In this document: piece by piece, positions 1 to 1,144 of the stretch
Position numbering within the stretch: position 1 is the first letter of the stretch
Layout: every line of letters begins with the position of its first letter
Source: Naegleria gruberi
Lineage: Eukaryota
DNA length: 1,144 nt
NCBI GenBank assembly: GCA_000004985.1
Contig: GG739531.1
Strand: one strand, 5' to 3'
Program-made: the position numbers and the translations under genes
Notes under the pieces: model-generated
The model's input: the letters and a program-made list of their open reading frames with translations, nothing else
What the model was told of the DNA's origin: nothing
Databases searched by the model: none

Positions 1-1
1 A

Positions 2-211
2 TATGCCAATACTTAAAGAGTTGTAATTTAACACGGTGAAGCAAGCACACACAAGCACACAGAAGACCCACTCAGTGTTTGAGAACTTGAGCATATTGAG
101 ACCAGTCACATTCCAACAGATCAAGAAGGAAACAAGCTTGAGAATACTAATTCCCTTCACAAAAGCCAATATTATCAAAGTTACAGCAAGTTGCAGCAAC
201 AGAATTGTCAT
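2..211 (-). CDS. Candidate start of a second minus-strand gene. An ATG at 209-211 opens a 70-codon frame that runs off the left window edge without a stop. It would encode a very hydrophobic N-terminus, MTILLLQLAVTLIILAFVKGISILKLVSFLICWNVTGLNMLKFSNTEWVFCVLVCACFTVLNYNSLSIGI, which looks like a signal peptide or transmembrane segment. This is quite possibly a compositional artefact.
   Basis: Hand translation. The ATG context ACAAAATGAC has A at -3 and an A-rich leader, which fits the yeast consensus. It is not in the supplied ORF track because no stop falls inside the window. Two points count against it. The opposite strand is also open here (36..233), which is typical of biased A/C-rich sequence. 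Reading the antisense of CA/A-rich DNA necessarily yields V/L/F/C-rich 'hydrophobic' peptides. Leu codon usage (CTG, CTC, CTT mixed) is less yeast-like than in the upstream CDS. Confidence 0.2.
   Translation of the reverse strand, partial: MTILLLQLAVTLIILAFVKGISILKLVSFLICWNVTGLNMLKFSNTEWVFCVLVCACFTVLNYNSLSIGI
43..62. repeat. Imperfect 10-bp tandem duplication, aagcacacac / aagcacacag, in a CA-rich stretch.
   Basis: Direct reading: 43-52 is aagcacacac and 53-62 is aagcacacag, preceded by aagc at 39-42. Confidence 0.6.
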
Positions 212-231
212 TTTGTTTTGTTTCTTCTTTT
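212..231. promoter_or_regulatory. Pyrimidine/T-rich tract (ttttgttttgtttcttcttt), which is poly(dA:dT)-like. This kind of element is common in yeast intergenic, nucleosome-depleted or 5'-leader regions. It sits immediately upstream (minus sense) of the candidate ATG at 209-211.
   Basis: Direct reading of 211-231. The functional assignment is inference from the known role of poly(dA:dT) tracts in yeast promoters. Confidence 0.2.
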
Positions 232-249
232 GAGAAAAGGGATGTGTGT

Positions 250-429
250 GCCAAACAAATTCACACTGTGGATATGCAATGCATTAAAATCAAACTATTC
301 TGTTTGTCAATAACCCGATTTGGCAACACCATAAAGTAGAAAGTTCCAGTTCATTCAGATCTGTAGATTAATATTTGCCTCCGCAGCTAGAAGGTCGTTA
401 ACTTAACTGGAAAGGTTTCGAATGAAAGT
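250..429 (-). terminator. Putative 3' UTR and polyadenylation zone of the NPF-motif gene. Minus-strand AT-rich elements resemble yeast efficiency and positioning elements: AAATATTAATC at about 365-380, TTTTAATGCATTGCATAT at about 270-290, CAGAATAGTTTG at about 295-310.
   Basis: The region lies immediately downstream of the TAA stop at 430-432. Yeast poly(A) signals are degenerate (TATATA-like and A-rich elements), so this assignment is positional and compositional only. Confidence 0.3.
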
Positions 430-1144
430 TTATTTTTGATATCCAAATGAAAGAGCTTCTCGTTGGAAGATTGAGGGATCCATCTTTGCAAAATCTGAAA
501 CTGAATCAGCAGGTTTTGATGGTGTTGTTTTGTTGAAGGTATTTCTTGAAGATGGTGTTCCAAACATGCTTGAGCTGGTTGTATTAGCAAATGGATTAAA
601 GACATTCTTTTTCTGTTCTGTTGGAGTTGCAACTTTGAGATTTGCAAATGGATTGGTTGTCTCAGTAGCAGGTGGATTATCTGTGGATGATGATGAACTG
701 GAAGGAATTATGATAGATGCAAACGGATTGGAATCTGATTCATTTTCCTTATTTACATTATCTTGATGTGATCCAACACTTGGAATGTTTAACGTAGCAG
801 TAGGACCTGTTGATTTGGTTTCTGTTCCTAGCTTTACTGTTGGTTGAGCATTGTCAATTGGTTTAGGTTCCGGTTGTTTGAAAGCAGAAAGATCCAATTG
901 TGGGGTCTGTTTGTTTGTGTCAGGTGCTATTACTGGGGTTTCGATTGTGGCTGGTTTTTGGGATGGTCTTTCCTCTCTTTTGGAAGTGTTGGTTGTTGGA
1001 AGTACAAATGTTGGAGGATTAGATTTTTCTTCAGTCTTCTTATTTTCAGTGGAAGAAGAAACTGCTCCTGCAGTGAAAGTAAAACCAACAGTAGTAGAAG
1101 AAGTTTCTGAGGAAGAGGTTGTAGGTTTTGGTGGTGCCCTTCGA
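430..1144 (-). CDS. 3' portion of a gene (5' end beyond the window) encoding 237 residues of an S/T/P/N-rich low-complexity C-terminal region with three NPFA motifs, then a TAA stop at 430-432. Product not identifiable from sequence; an EH-domain-binding (endocytic/trafficking adaptor-like) protein is the best guess.
   Basis: I translated the minus strand by hand from 1143 downward: RRAPPKPTTSSSETSSTTVGFTFTAGAVSSSTENKKTEEKSNPPTFVLPTTNTSKREERPSQKPATIETPVIAPDTNKQTPQ, then L (TTG at 895-897), then the track sequence DLSAFKQ...ALSFGYQK*. There is no stop in the 237 codons. Codon usage is yeast-like (AGA, TTG, CCA, ACT/ACC, TCT/TCC, GGT). The three opposite-strand and alternative-frame ORFs overlapping it are short and compositionally odd. 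Confidence 0.8.
   Translation of the reverse strand, partial: RRAPPKPTTSSSETSSTTVGFTFTAGAVSSSTENKKTEEKSNPPTFVLPTTNTSKREERPSQKPATIETPVIAPDTNKQTPQLDLSAFKQPEPKPIDNAQPTVKLGTETKSTGPTATLNIPSVGSHQDNVNKENESDSNPFASIIIPSSSSSSTDNPPATETTNPFANLKVATPTEQKKNVFNPFANTTSSSMFGTPSSRNTFNKTTPSKPADSVSDFAKMDPSIFQREALSFGYQK
589..729 (-). other. Cluster of three NPFA motifs (candidate EH-domain ligand sites) within the CDS: NPF at 721-729 (SNPFAS), 646-654 (TNPFAN) and 589-597 (FNPFAN).
   Basis: Hand-mapped codons: plus-strand aaacggatt (721-729), aaatggatt (646-654) and aaatggatt (589-597) each reverse-complement to AAT CC(G/A) TTT, which is N-P-F. Each is followed by GCA or GCT (Ala). Spacing is 25 and 19 residues. 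Confidence 0.7.
685..702 (-). repeat. Short trinucleotide run, plus-strand (GAT)n / minus-strand (TCA)n, encoding a Ser6 homopolymer inside the CDS.
   Basis: Plus 685-702 is ggatgatgatgaactgga. On the minus strand this reads TCC AGT TCA TCA TCA TCC, which is SSSSSS. Confidence 0.6.

Noticed and set aside
36-233. Plus-strand ORF of 65 aa (track entry).
   Set aside because: It begins at GTG, not ATG. The whole open frame (27..233) contains no ATG. The peptide is compositionally odd (ends ...ILFCFFF). It lies in a biased A/C-rich stretch where both strands happen to be open.
1-429. snoRNA, tRNA or intron signals in the flank.
   Set aside because: There is no RTGATGA plus CTGA box pair in a sensible arrangement. 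There is no tRNA-like cloverleaf or A/B box. There is no GTATGT...TACTAAC...AG intron triplet on either strand (only a TACTAAT at about 145-151 with no partner 5' splice site).
387-647. Minus-strand ORF of 86 aa overlapping the CDS in another frame and extending past its stop.
   Set aside because: It is an alternative-frame overlap with the better-supported 430..1144 frame. It has no supporting features and would read through the real gene's stop region.
530-766. Plus-strand ORF of 78 aa, antisense to the NPF-motif CDS.
   Set aside because: It sits entirely inside the much longer opposite-strand coding frame, with a G/V/L-rich translation typical of antisense shadow ORFs.
844-1110. Plus-strand ORF of 88 aa, Cys/Trp/Phe-rich.
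   Set aside because: It is an antisense shadow of the S/T/P-rich CDS. C/W/F/G richness is the expected mirror of a T/S/P/E/K-coding strand.
1-1144. Prokaryotic-style novel system (defence island, CRISPR, toxin-antitoxin, mobile element).
   Set aside because: Codon usage, the low-complexity NPF-containing protein and the A-rich leader context are eukaryotic and yeast-like. There are no repeat-spacer arrays, no terminal inverted repeats, no operon-like packing and no RBS-like motifs.
430-1144. Using absence of CTG codons to argue for a CTG-clade (Candida-type) host.
   Set aside because: The visible CDS has only about 7 Leu codons in total, so zero CTG is uninformative. The only CTGs seen are in the doubtful 2..211 ORF.

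Overview
The window reads as a yeast-type (Saccharomycotina-like) eukaryotic chromosomal segment, not a prokaryotic or phage locus. GC content is about 38%, and codon preferences are AGA-Arg, TTG-Leu, CCA-Pro, GGT-Gly, ACT/ACC-Thr and TCT/TCC-Ser. The dominant feature is the 3' part of a minus-strand gene. Its reading frame is open from the right window edge (1143) down to a TAA stop at 430-432, giving 237 codons with the true N-terminus outside the window. The encoded region is strongly S/T/P/N-rich and low-complexity, so it is presumably intrinsically disordered. It contains three evenly spaced NPFA motifs (NPFAS, NPFAN, NPFAN), which are the classic ligand for EH domains (Eps15-homology) in endocytic and trafficking adaptors. 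It also has a Ser6 run and two isolated FG dipeptides. The 'M' at the start of the ORF-track entry 430..897 is a TTG codon, not an ATG, and the frame continues upstream without a stop. Downstream (plus 1-429) is a non-coding-looking 3' flank. It contains AT-rich elements compatible with yeast polyadenylation signals, a 10-bp CA-rich tandem duplication and a T-rich tract. One ORF there is weakly supported: a minus-strand ATG at 209-211 in good yeast Kozak context opens a 70-codon hydrophobic frame that runs off the left edge. I see no rRNA, tRNA, CRISPR, transposon ends or defence-system signatures. I cannot support any novel 'system' from this window. The most interesting item is the NPF-motif disordered tail.
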